From contig CM059435.1 of the NCBI GenBank assembly GCA_030390025.1, positions 23,746,001 to 23,810,000 on the forward strand: a stretch of 64,000 nt of DNA, given 5' to 3'. Position 1 is the first letter of the stretch. Every line of letters starts with the position of its first letter. Position numbers and translations under genes: made by a program. Below are positions 13,255 through 25,870 of this stretch, piece after piece. The notes beneath the pieces were generated by a model that saw nothing but the letters and a program-made list of their open reading frames with translations, was not told the origin of the DNA and ran no database searches. This DNA is from Squalus acanthias. Its lineage: Eukaryota.

Positions 13255-14512
13255 GCACATGGCCACACATTCACCACAAAAAACACATAAGTGCACCTAC
13301 TGTGAAAAAATGTTCCACCGGAAAGACCATCTGAAGAACCACCTTCAAACACATGATCCAAATAAAGAGGCATTCAAGTGCGAAGAATGTGGCAAAAACT
13401 ACAACACCAAGCTGGGCTATAAGCGCCACCTAGCGCTGCACGCTGCCACCAATGGTGACCTGACCTGCAAAGTATGCCTTCAGACATTTGAGAGCACAGA
13501 GATTCTGCTTGAGCACCTGAAAACACATTCAGGCAAGTCGTCAAATGGAGTTAAGGAGAAGAAGCACCAGTGTGACCACTGTGACCGACGGTTCTACACT
13601 CGGAAAGATGTTCGGAGACACATGGTAGTCCACACAGGCAGGAAAGACTTCCTTTGTCAGTATTGTGCTCAGAGATTTGGCAGAAAGGACCACCTGACAA
13701 GACATATGAAGAAGAGTCATTCGCAGGAATTGTTGAAAATTAAGACTGAGCCATCCGATATGATGGGTCTGCTTCACTCCAGTCCACCCATAACAGTGAA
13801 GGAAGAACTTAGTCCAATGATGTGCATGGCTTCTAAGGAGGCAGTAGGTAAGCCATTTACTAGTTTGCCAATGAGCATGTACAGTCCACACATTCAAGCC
13901 ATGACAAATTCAGGATCATCGCATAGTCTGGTTGCTAGTTCTCTAGCTATGGGAATGGGTTGCCAAATGGAGTCCCCATCCTCAATTCATTCAGCACCTC
14001 CTCAACCCCCTTCTAAATATCAGCTTGGATCTACCTCGTATGCCACTGGCTTGCCTGAGAAGCCAACTAAAATTGAGATGGAAAGTTACTTAATGGACTT
14101 GCACAGCAGTTTGCCACTTTCATCCCATGAATCTCAGTCTTCACCAGCTAAAGTAGGCTTAGATTCGCAAACTGGGCCTCTAGATGACATTTCTGGTGAA
14201 CATTTGCTTTCCAAAAGCCCTGCTATAATTACTGAATCCCTCTGTACAGCAAACATGGACTTTTCACATTTGCTGAGCTTCTTACCACTGAACCACCCTA
14301 CGTACAATCCACCTGTTTCAGCAGGGGGGCTGGTAATGGGCTATGCACAAAGTGAGCCTCAGTCCTTACTTACCTCTCTTCAGCCTCAGCTGCAGGACTC
14401 ACAAGGATCTGGAAATGGCCTGAGCCTTGGGCCTCTTCATCCATTGTCTCCAGTCTTTACCACCAGTCTGAGCACAACAACATTGCCACGTTTCCACCAG
14501 GCATTCCAGTGA
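13255..14512 (+). CDS. PLAGL2: PLAG-family zinc finger protein PLAGL2, terminal coding exon (end of one finger, five complete C2H2 fingers, Ser/Pro-rich transactivation domain)
   Basis: Acceptor ttttatttag ends at 13254, then G-CAC-ATG-GCC (R|HMATHSPQK). Five CxxC...HxxxH fingers follow, and the ORF ends in the PLAG signature TTLPRFHQAFQ with TGA at 14510-14512. C-terminal motifs VKEELSP-MCMAS, KYQLGSTSY, DFSHLLSFLPLN and GGLVMGY match PLAGL2 as recalled. Tail-to-tail adjacency to TM9SF4 matches the human PLAGL2 locus. No upstream coding exon was recognised in 1-13254. Confidence 0.92.
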
Positions 14513-17500
14513 ACTGCTGTTGGATCTTTTATTCAATAATCTGTGCTTGGAGTGGAATTTACTGAAGCGCACAAAGCTTTCTAGAACTCAAGGGAAGCTA
14601 AAGCTTTGAAGAAGCTTTTATAAGGCAATTTCCGTTATTCAATTTAATCCATAATATGGAGGTTTTTAAATCTATTAGCAACTGACGAGGCATATACAAT
14701 GAGCCTTTTGCTTTCTACACTCTAACATGGATACAAATCCACATGAGGGCTGAACATATCAGAACTCTGAGAAGTGGATGAGTTTTAATGTGAAAATTAC
14801 TCCCCAGACAGTTACATGCTTCCTATGTTTTTAACATACATGGAGACCTGTTACGATTGAGAAGTTACTTCATGAGCTAAATGTCTGAAATAGAATTACA
14901 GGGAAAAATTAGTGAAGGATTGGGAAAAAATAATATAGTTATTATGGCATTATGCAACGTGTATTAATCTCTGCTTTGTCGATCATGCTTGGGTATCTGT
15001 CCGAATTGTGTCTTTAAAAAAATTTTTTTTGTCACATACAAAGGTCTCCACGTGAAACAGAAGTTGCACAGTGAAGCAGACTTAGATTGTGCCCGCAATG
15101 TGAGTTGTGCACAGTCAATTGCCCTCTTGATAATAAAGTATTGGCTTATTTCATTATTAAAATACCTTTACTTTCCTAAAATTTCAGATATTTTGTGAGA
15201 ATCGGGATGTTAATATGTGCAAAGAAGTACTGACCCTGCTTAATCATTCAAAGAGCTACAGCCTAGAAATTACTGTTTGTAATATCAGTAGGCAAATGCT
15301 TAGCGCGTCCATATGACTTTCTCTCTTTGTTATTTTAATGGTGGCATTAACCCATTTTAAGTAAACTGGTCAATACAGGTTAAAATAGCAGACAGAAACA
15401 TTCCTATGAACACTTTTAAGTTGCGAATGTTGGCATCAGTAATTTCTAGCCTTCTATTTCTTTCTGTTATAGCTATGTTTGTCATACTGGGGTGTACGAA
15501 AGTTATCATCTTTACCAGGATTGAACCCTATTTATTTTTTTAAATAGCAAAGCAGCTGCTTCATTTTTCTTCTTATAATATTTCTCGCGAGGGTAAATAT
15601 CACCTATTTATGATCGATCACTTCAATGATCCATTAATAAACTGTTATCTTACTGTGTTGTGCAGAGCTGGCACTTAGAACCCGTACAGCAATCTGCTTA
15701 TGAGAGTTTTTGAATGTTAACAGTAGCTCATTTACAGCAAAGCTTAAATGTTGCAACATGTTGAAAAATCAGCCGTTTTAAATTTTGCTGCTGATTTATC
15801 TAGGGTACAGATTAAGCACCTCAGCGACATTGTTGAGCGCTAGGCTCAGGAACACCCTGTTCGTGATCCCTGCAAGTATTGTAAATGCATTGCTCACTAA
15901 AGGTAACATTGCAAACAGTGTTGAAAGAGGAATAGCTTAAGGCAAAGTAGACTTGAACGTTAGTTTGTAACAAAGGTACATACATGCACAAAAATAATCA
16001 CAGCCGTTCGATCAAAGTTAGCATGATGCACATTTTTACACAAGTCTGGCTCTATTTTACTAAACTATTATTGCAGAATTATTCTTTGCTTCCAGATTTG
16101 TGGCACAATTAAAACTTAGCATTTTGAATAAAATTCAATGGCATAATAGCCAGTAGGCAAATGCGTGTGATGCAGTTTTCCTTCCAACACTAATTTTGCT
16201 TTTAAAAAATCAGCTAAAAAAACACTGAACACTCTCGGCTTAATGGGGATATATTGTGGCTTAATTATAATGCAGTTGCTTCTGATATTTTAATCATCCT
16301 GCCTTTTACATCTGAGCAATAATCCTAAATTTTGTTTTTGTGTATTCATTTAAACCCCAAACGTATCTTCAAGAAAAGAAAAGACATTATGATATATACA
16401 GCTGTGTATAAATACTATAATGCATATTTTAGAAGATTTAGCTCCAAATTAAGTAGTTAAAACACATCAAGCTAATTAAATTCTTAACCATCGTCTGCAA
16501 GAAATGCATTGTTGGCTAGTAGATGTAGTAATCTTAAAATGCATTGAATATCACTAGACTTTTATTGTAGTGAATATGTACTTTGAAAATATTGTACCTT
16601 TCCTTGTATTTAGGAGCTGTGAGATCGAGAAAGGATACAGAACAGGGTGTTTGATTTAAAAATACCCTGATTATATTAAGTCAGGGTCTCATAAAGAAAG
16701 ATTTTTATGTAATGCTTGTGTTTCAATGTAAAGATTTTAGTTCTGTTACTGTTTTTGCCTCTCCTGACAGTGCCTTATTCTGGCCACCAGAGGCTTTGAG
16801 CTATTTGAATCCTTATTTCACAGTTCTCTGAGCAGGACCTCACAAAGACGCAACACATCACCTCATGCATGCTTCTTGCTATAAGCCTAGGAGAAAACCA
16901 AACCTGCCTTACAGTGAAAATAGGCACAACTTCAATTCTGACTGATACAGAATCAACAGCAGTAAAAGCTGTTGCTGTTGATTCACAACAATCTTTTCTC
17001 CACTCGGCATCTCAGGAGCCCATCGAATGGATAGCCAAACTAGACATCCCGTTATACGAAACAACAATCTAGACTAAATACATTAAAAACTCCTTTTGCC
17101 AATCAACCATATATATTTTAATAATATATAGAAACTTATTTTTCTGAAATTAGGGGTTGATTAATATCACTACAAAATTACTATATTGCAGAATTTTAAT
17201 GGTATTCCCCTCATAACCAAGAGTGGTTTATTTTTAATACTGATAAAGCATTACAGCAATATTATAGTGTGGCATTACTAAACATTTTATTTTAAATATT
17301 TTAGTGGATTTCCTGAGTTCACTATTTTGGGAGGAAATTAAAAATGTAGACAGACTATTGTGGTACCAATGGGAAAATAGTTAATTTGTTCCATGTTCCA
17401 TTCTGCCCTGCAACAAAAGGAAATAGTTTATATCACAGATGTTTTGGAAGGAAATGAGTGAGGGCAACTCTGTACTACCTGTGGACAGACATTTCCTAGT

Positions 17501-18900
17501 TAACCTTAAAATACTTCTGGTTAAGGCCAAAATGACAGTAGAAACTTCATTCACACTGCAGTGAACAACTGCACAATGATCAAATACACATTTTTCAATG
17601 AACTTTAATTGCTGTATTCATTGTAAGGCTAATAGTTCCTCTTATGGCTGGTTAACTCGCTATGTTCTAGCACTTTCAGAAACCCTTATAGAAGAGTATC
17701 TCTTCACCATAAACTGGTAACGAATCTTTTATAAAATTAAGTGCCATTAGATTTTTGTTAGATGTATTAGTATTACTTATGATAAAATAGAGCATTACAG
17801 TGTTTTGTATTACTACCATTCAGCTGCTCTGTGTTGTACTTTAATACCTAGGATGTCTGATGTATAAATCAACTTAGTGTATAAACCACAATTACTCTCG
17901 AATCTTTTTCTTTCTCGTTTAACTCTGAGTGCAGGAATCTCCAATTGGTTTAATTAATGCTGAAAGTCTATGTCAGCCTTCAAAGATTTAATAACTGTAT
18001 TTGGAGTTGTACAAGTTGCATCTCTCTTCACCTGTATATTAACAGATGTTTACCGATGATTTATACATCAGATGGCCAATAGTCAGTGTGCTTCCATAGT
18101 TGCACAATTTCTCTATTTTGTAAAGTTCTTTACAGTTAAAAGTGTCATGTTCTATATTTGTACTGATATTTTAGGACTGAATGAAAGCAGATCAAGGTAA
18201 TTTTCCCATTTTATATTTTTTGTCAAAAAATAAATGTGCCTACTCCTAAAGGAAGTGCGTAGACTTGGGGAATGGAGGCACAATCAACATAATGGTGTTT
18301 TGCTGGATTGTTCCGCAGTGGATGACCGAAGACTGAAAACAGTTTTGCTTCCTCACAAATCACTAAATACTGCTAAGATGGTTTTCCTCTCAAACTTCCA
18401 CGTGCCAAGCTTCACCCAGGACTAAAGTGAATGTGTAAAACACTTAATGCGTAGAGTCCACATAAAGTGTCAATAGATCATTAGTAATAGATAGCAAAAA
18501 GTTATTGCAGTTGGAAAAATTGCAGTCCATTTCTGTCCTTTATACGTTGTGTAGTAAATAGTAATTTTTTTTCCTGCATTTTGTTTTTAAATTACTGCAT
18601 TCTGTCATGACGGGATGCTTATTGCATATGGTAATCATTATTTTTATATAGCATTTTATTTACATACTACTGGTATTTGTACAAAATGTATTTCAGGTAA
18701 AGAGCAACATAATCACATATTTTTACATGAGTGTTTTATCAGGTTTCATTTGCAATCTGTTGCTGCAGTTGAATTTGTTGGACATTTGTATTGGTAGATC
18801 CAAAGAAGTATTTCGGCAAACATATTTACTTATTGTACATTATACTTTGACTGCTACCATGTTACTTTTGAACAATTAAACTATGGAGCTTGAACTGCTA
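14513..18900 (+). other. PLAGL2: Putative PLAGL2 3' UTR
   Basis: AT-rich stretch after the stop codon with no recognisable repeats. Candidate polyA signals are AATAAA at 18229-18234 and ATTAAA at 18875-18880. The end point is inferred. Confidence 0.55.
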
Positions 18901-19683
18901 AACGTTCATTATTTCCATTCATTCTGATCCCAACACATTGTTTAATGAGAAGTTGAGGAAAGTGCTGCATGAAATATTAACATTGAAACTTCTTGTTTTG
19001 CAGTTTTAGTAAAGAAGGGAAACCATGCAGTGAGATGAACAATTTAAAGTAAATTTGTTTTTTGATTCCTACTGGAACCTTTCATTGCGGAGTACACTTA
19101 TAACCCCTAGCTTCACTGCTGAACCTGTTCAGTCTTGCATGTTTGCCTGTCATTCCATTCACCTGTTAGCTGTAAAACCCCTTTAGCTGCATCCAGAAAG
19201 ATCATCGCCTCTATTTCCGGATCATTACAAGAACATAACTTGAGGCAGAACATCTGTTTTTGATCAAATTTCCCCACGATCCACTAATCCAGTCTGGCTT
19301 GATTTCTTTACTGGCACCTTTATTTTTGTAGAAATTGGCACAAGAAAATTGGACCTAATACTATATTTGGAATGAATTGAGATGTTTTTGATCTATATTT
19401 ACCCAGAATGTCACTACAGATCATTAAACAAACTTAAGCTATTCAATACCTTCAGTCCTCTGGCACCACTCCCATAATGTAAGCAACCGCGTGTAAGCCA
19501 ACAAGAACATTTCCCCAATTCCAATGGTTAGCAAAATTCTAGAATATTGGCCCGGAATTTGCGGTCAGCAGTCAAGGATTTCGCCGCTGGCCCCAAAGTA
19601 AGCTTCGCACAAAGATCTCGTGATCTGTGTCAAAGTTCGGGTTTCCCGACGTGTAATTCAAATCAACGTAGTATAGTGGGAAT

Positions 19684-20945
19684 CAATGTACCCTGTAAGC
19701 TACGCGACCGCGCAGCACTCCAGGGAATCAAGGCAGCATTTGACCGAGTGTGGCATCAAGGAGCCCTAGTAAAACTAAAGTCAATGGGAATCGGGGGGGA
19801 AAACTCTCCACTGGCTAGAGTCATACCTAGCACAAAGGAAGATGGTTGTGGTGGTTGGAGGTCAATCATAGCCCCAGGACATCGCTGCAGGAGTTCCTCA
19901 GGGCAGTGTCCTAGGACCAACCATCTTCAGCTGCTTCATCAATTACCTTCCCTCCAACATAAGGTCAGAAATGGGGATGTTTGCTGATGACTGCACAGTG
20001 TTCAGTGCCATTCGCAACTCCTCAGATAATGAAGCAGTCCATGCCCGCATGCAACAAGACCTGGACGACATTCAGGTTTGGGCTGCTAAGTGGCAGGTAA
20101 CATTCGCGCCACACAAGTGCCAGGCAATGACTATCTCCAACAAACAAGAGTCTAACCACCGCCCCTTGACTTTCAACGGCATCAACATCCTAGGGGTCTA
20201 CATTGATCAGAAACTTAACTGGACCAGCCACATAAATACTGTAGCAACAAGAGCAGGTCAGAGGCTAGGTATTCTGCAGCGAGTGTCTCCCCTCCTGACT
20301 CCCCAAAGCCTTTCCACCATCTACAAGGCACAAGTCAGGAGTGTGATGGAATACTCTTCACTTGCCTGGATGAGTGCAGATCCAACAACACTCAAGAAAC
20401 TCAACACCATCCAGGACAAAGCAGCCCGCTTGATTGGCACCCCATCCACCACCTTAAACATTCACTCCCTCCACCACTGGCGTACTGTGGCTGCAGCGTG
20501 TACCATCAAGATGCACTGCAGCAACTCGCCAAGGCTTCTTCGGCAGCACCTCCCAAACCTGTGACCTCTTCCACCTAGAAGTACAAGGGTAGCAGGCGCG
20601 TGGGAACACCACCACCTCCAAGTTACACACCATCCTGACTTGGAAGTATATCGCTAATCCTTCATCGTTGCTGGGTCAAAATCCTGGAACTCCCTAACAG
20701 CACTGTGGGAGTACCTTCACCACACGGACTGCAGCGGTTCAAGGCGGCGGCTCACCACCACCTTCTCAAGTGCAATTAGGGATGGGCAATAAATGCTGGC
20801 CTTGCCAGCGACGCCCACATCCCATGAACGAATAAAAAAAACCCGCAGCCAGCTTTTCAATACAAAAACCGCACATGCGTGTGAATGGCTCGCGCAGCCC
20901 CTTGAAGGGGCCGTGCAGAGCCAAACAATATTAGAGGGAACATTG
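19684..20945. mobile_element. Short hAT MITE (about 145 bp without the internal LINE)
   Basis: TIRs CAATGTACCCTGTAA and TTAGAGGGAACATTG (13/15 match). Perfect 8-bp TSD GTGGGAAT at 19676-19683 and 20946-20953. Confidence 0.88.
19725..20841 (+). mobile_element. 5'-truncated non-LTR retrotransposon (CR1/L2/Jockey group, clade uncertain)
   Basis: IKAAFDRVWH, GVPQGSVLGP, MFADD and IYKAQVRSVMEY motifs; ORF 19971..20564; structured 3' tail and A-run ending at 20841. Confidence 0.9.
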
Positions 20946-22834
20946 GTGGGAATCCCATAGTGTGATCTGCTGTGATGTCAACACGCTGTCTCAGCAGCCA
21001 TTCAAAATGCAGAATTCTCACAGACAGCGAACAAGGAACTGGGTAAGCTGTTAAAATTCTAATTTTTAAAAATGTTGGAGAGAGAGCAAAACAATGATTG
21101 GGGCTCTCATGGGGAAACGGCAAACCTGAAATAAAGATGAACAATCTTTATTTTTTTTAAATTAATTTTTAAAAAAACATTTCTTACATTTAAATTTTTA
21201 TTAATGGATAAATTTGACACTGCACAAAATTAAAATTAGTTTTTCAGGGCCATAACCTTTGTTTACCACCTTTGTGGGGTGGTGAGCACAACGCAGCCTG
21301 TGGAGGAACAGTGAATGACAACGCAACTTCAGAATTTCCACAATAGGTTATGCATACGCCTAATCCTGAAGTTGCAGTCAGTTTCAAAGGCGAAATGACT
21401 CCAAATGCTGCCAGTTCGTCATCATCAGGACCAGAAATTCTGGCCCAATAATCCAGGATTATAATGCATAAACAGCATTCCACAGCTGAATCATTGAGCT
21501 TATCATTTGTTAATCTATGTCTTTCCTTACTTGACACCAATACTGTACTCACCAATTTAGATATGCAGAAATAATGAGTACAGCACTATAGAGTTAGCTT
21601 GACAGGCCTGATGGTATTTTCTTAACCGTTTCATATGTTCTTGAGTCCTGGTGCTGTTCAGTGATTTTCATAGTTGCCAACCATTCACATTTTGCACGGA
21701 CAGCCAGCTGTCTGTAAGTCCACTATTTTCCACTCTTCAGATATATTCTGCATCTTTGCTTTTCACAGGAATTGCAAAAGGCCGATCCAATTTGTGCCCC
21801 TCTTACTCTAACCTGACATTGCCAGGAATTGCTGTGATTCAGGAATGCTAGGATCCCACAATGTCCTTGGGTGTAAATGATTGTACTCATGTTGCTGACT
21901 CAGGTGGAAGGAGGCAGCACCACACACAATGATGTGAGCCTCTTGTTTTGGTCAGGTTGAATATCTGCATTTTTTTTTCAGTTTGTAACTTTTTAGTACA
22001 TTTCAAAGAATTATAGAGTTTAAATGGTGAGATGTTTTGATAGTGTAATCAGAGAAACTTCCCCATTAAAAGCAATAATTTCAATCTGAGCATCAAAAGA
22101 TCATAACTTCATGAATTAATAATTTATACTATAGTTATACTGATTAACAGCTTTCAAGATATTCCAATTTTGTAAATTTAATTTGACATAAAATAGAATT
22201 GAAGAGCTCAATGGTTAATTAGGAATGTTATATTAATCTTTTGGACACTAACATTTTTCTAATAGTATGGGTTTATTCAAATCATGCAGAATGGTGTTGT
22301 AAATGTTAACGATTCCCCATTGTACATGGGGCAAGTTTAGATTTTCGTGTGACCATACCATGACTTATGAGGTTACCCAAAGGAAACAAAGCTTGAAATT
22401 GGAGAGATTCAGCACTGAAAATAGAGTGACAGTTTTATTTTTAGAGATGAAAGCTTAGTGAACGTGCCCTTGACCTCAGTAAAATATTGGGCTAGAAATA
22501 ATTGCGAAGTACCTGCTGACGGCAATCTCAGGCCGCGAGTAAACCAGCATAAAGCCCACGGCTCCCAGACGGTGCGGAAGTGTACCTGGGATCAGGTGGG
22601 CCTGGTCCTCCAATGACAAAGCAGAATTCCATTTTACTCATTTACGAAGGGAATCTCCTAATCTAATAATTATACAGAATGTACCATAGTCCACCAACCT
22701 CACTAAAAATTATATTTTTTGGTAATTTTACACTATTAAATGAGTTTATGCAAATAAAGTTTTAATGTATATGCATAATTTAATATGAAAATATTTAAAG
22801 CAAAGCCTTAGATATTCCCTTACGCTGATGCAAG

Positions 22835-23568
22835 CAGGAGGAGGAGGAGGAGGAGGAGGAAGGGGGGAGGAGGAGGAAGGGGGGGGGAGGAGGAGGAAGG
22901 GGGGGGGGAGGAGGAGGAAGGGGGGGGGGGGGAGGAGGAGAGGGGGGGGGGGGGGGAGGAGGAGGAAGGGGGGGGGGGGGGAGGAGGAGGAAGGGGGGGG
23001 GGGGGGAGGAGGAGGAAGGGGGGGGGGAGGAGGAGNNNNNNNNNNNNNNNNNNNNNNNNNNNNNNNNNNNNNNNNNNNNNNNNNNNNNNNNNNNNNNNNN
23101 NNNNNNNNNNNNNNNNNNNNNNNNNNNNNNNNNNNNNNNNNNNNNNNNNNNNNNNNNNNNNNNNNNNNNNNNNNNNNNNNNNNNNNNNNNNNNNNNNNNG
23201 GAGGAAGGGGGGGGAGGAGGAGGAAGGGGGGGGGGGAGGAGGAAGGGGGGGGAGGAGGAGGAAGGGGGGGAGGAGGAGGAAGGGGGGGGGGAGGAGGAAG
23301 GGGGGGAGGAGGAGGGGGAGGAGGAGGAAGGGGGGGGGGAGGAGNNNNNNNNNNNNNNNNNNNNNNNNNNNNNNNNNNNNNNNNNNNNNNNNNNNNNNNN
23401 NNNNNNNNNNNNNNNNNNNNNNNNNNNNNNNNNNNNNNNNNNNNNNNNNNNNNNNNNNNNNNNNNNNNNNNNNNNNNNNNNNNNNNNNNNNNNNNNNNNN
23501 NNNNNNNNNNNNNNNNNNNNNNNNNNNNNNNNNNNNNNNNNNNNNNNGGGAGGGGGGGAGGAGGAAAG
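22835..23568. repeat. Polypurine G(n)-(AGG)n-AA compound repeat containing two N gaps (23036-23199 and 23345-23547)
   Basis: Directly visible; the called bases are exclusively G and A. Confidence 0.95.
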
Positions 23569-24490
23569 AACAAAAGGGAACGTCAGATGGTGGAAGGCAG
23601 GAGTGATTAAATGACAAACTGTATGATTGGACAAGTAAAGAAACGAAACATGGTTCTAGAAGAGGTGTAAATGGGAATGGCAGAATCATCAACAGCTGCC
23701 ATGTGGAAAAAATAGGGTCAGAGGTTATGGTCTGAAATTGTTGAACTCGATAGAGTCCAGAAGGCTGTAAAGTGCCTAATCGAAAGATGAGGTTGCAGTT
23801 ATTCGAGATTACATTGAGCTTCGTTGTAAGAGGCCGAGGGCAGAGCGGGAGTAGAGTGGAGTGGAGCGGCGAATTAAACTGACGGGACCGGAAACTTGAG
23901 GTCATGCTTACGGACTGAACAGAGGTGTTCCGCAAAGCGGTCACCCAATCTGTGTTTTATATCGGATTACATTATTCAGCACAGAAACAGGCCATTCGGC
24001 CCAACCAATCCATGCTGTCGTTTGTGCTCCACTCGAGCCTCCTCATCTATCAGCATAACTCGCTATTCCATTCTCCATCATATGCTTATCTAGTCTCCCC
24101 TTAAATGCATCGATACTATTCGCTTCAACCACTCCCTGTGGTAGCGAGTTTCACATTCTCACCACTCTCTAGGTAAAGAAGTTCCTTCCGAATTCTCTAT
24201 TTGATTTCTTGGTGACTATCTTATATTCAGTGGTCTCCCAATGTAGAGGAGACTGCATTGTGAGCAGCGAATACAGTATACTAAATTGCAAGTACAAGTA
24301 AATCGCTGTTTCACCTGGAAGGAGTGTGTGGGTCCTGGACAGTGGGAAGGGAGGAGGTAAAAGGGCAGGTGTTGCATCCCCTGCGCGGGAAGGGGAGGGG
24401 ATGTTAGGGGTGATTGAGGAGTGGACCAGGGTGTTGCAGAGGGAGCAGACCCTTTGAAATGCTGAGAGGGGAGAGATGTTTGGTGTGGGA
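23548..24490 (-). mobile_element. Penelope-like retroelement 3' part (GIY-YIG endonuclease remnant), interrupted by a CR1 tail at about 23960-24228
   Basis: HSFQVKQRFTC-CNLVYCIRCSQCSLLYIG and LIFRLGTLQPSGL in the minus-strand ORFs. The non-coding part matches 44770-44985. Confidence 0.8.
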
Positions 24491-25139
24491 TCAAGCTCAA
24501 AATCACAAGAAAATAGATTGTTCAATGGCTTTTTTTTTTACTTAACACTATGCAGCACATTTTATTTTGCATATTTATTTGTTTCACCTCACCCTATTTG
24601 AATTGTAGTCAGTTTTCTAATTTTCTGGTTCAAGTTCAGTGGCATTACTCAGGCCACAGGAACTCAAGTCCACATGCATAAAGTGGTAAAATGCATGATT
24701 GTGTTGAATTTCAACAGGTCAAAAAATTAGAAATTGATGAACAGAAAAAGCAGGCAGGGAGAAGAATCACAGTACATGTGAATGCTGGAAAATACATCAA
24801 AAATGTATCGCAAATCAACATGCCCCAGTTTCTCCTCTGCAGATCTGCCAAAGTTACAGCAGCCAATTGGAATCTCTCCAAATTCAAGCTTTGTTTCCTT
24901 TGTGCAACCTCAATAATCCAGGTATGGTCACATGAATAAGCTTTAGGCTCCCCCCCCCCCCCCCCCCCCTCAACCATTTCAAAACATGCAAATGTGCATG
25001 ACTCATACCGACAGAAAATCTAAAGTTGCCACATATACAATGGGGAATCCCTAACATTTACAACACCATTCTGCATGATTTCAATAAACCCATACTATTG
25101 CAAAGGAAGGTTATTGTGTGCAAGAGATAGACAGGGGTT

Positions 25140-25870
25140 CTCCCAAAGATTCTAAAAGTAGGGAGCAGAGACCTAGGGATGTGGATACCTAGCTCTGCAA
25201 AGGTGGGAGTGCTGGTAGAAATGGCCATAAATAAGGCAGATAGGATTCTGGTTTTTTTTATATATATATGCGCAAGGGCCTTGAATGTAAAAGCAAGCAA
25301 GACACTGTATAGGCCAACATCAAAATATTGCATGCAGTTCTGCCCATCCCATTTAAGGAAGGGTATCAGAGCTATAGAAACAGTACAGCAAAGATCCACT
25401 AAAATGACACCAGGAATGAAAGGTTATGAATAAAAGCTTGAAAATTTGGGGCTTTATTCACTGGAACAGGAGCATCGATCGCTGCTTTCAAAATTCTGAA
25501 AGGTGTTGAGGGTAAGTAGTGAAATATTGGACCTGAAGTTGCTGTATCATTTACCCATATATAACAGCAGCACTATTAGCTATGCTGTTATTTTGACAGC
25601 AAATTCTGGCCCATTGTTCCCACTGGTTGGCAAACCAGTAATAAATGGACATAGACTCTGGAATATCACCAGCAGAATGAAAGGGAAAGTTAGAAAAAAA
25701 CTAGAGGGTATGGAGGCGGAGACAATAGCATTTAAGAGAGATTTGCTAAGTTTTTTTTGAAAAATGAAAAGATACAGGGAAAGGGCAGCAAAATGGGATT
25801 GGAGTAGACAGCTCCAGCTGGTGAGATACTTCTGCAAATGCTCAATGGGGCTGAATTCCTTAATAACCTT
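25140..25870 (+). mobile_element. Old degraded CR1 LINE
   Basis: LYRP-SKYCMQFCP-HLRKGI-AIETVQQRSTKMTPGMKG. Confidence 0.75.

Larger units (their letters stand above)
19549..21446. mobile_element. MITE with GG-initiated TIRs (PIF/Harbinger-like), outer layer of a nested insertion
   Basis: Left end GGCCCGGAATTTGCGGTC versus reverse complement of right end GGGCCAGAATTTCTGGTC. Flanks are att / aat. Superfamily is inferred from TIR style only. Confidence 0.65.

Noticed and set aside
13541-13897. 118-aa antisense ORF within PLAGL2
   Set aside because: Shadow of the coding strand with no recognisable motifs.
14682-14710. CTGACGA-GGC...GCC hammerhead-like start in the PLAGL2 3' UTR
   Set aside because: Followed by TTTT rather than GAAA; the core is incomplete.
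19971-20564. 197-aa RT-like ORF as a domesticated gene
   Set aside because: Part of a frameshifted, 5'-truncated LINE with its own 3' tail.
22489-22640. gggctagaaat start resembling the GG-TIR MITE ends
   Set aside because: No matching right TIR found before the repeat and gaps, so an element cannot be delimited.
22746-23944. Long Pro-, Gly- and Ser-rich ORFs of 260-374 aa on both strands
   Set aside because: Artefacts of a stop-free G/A repeat and N gaps.
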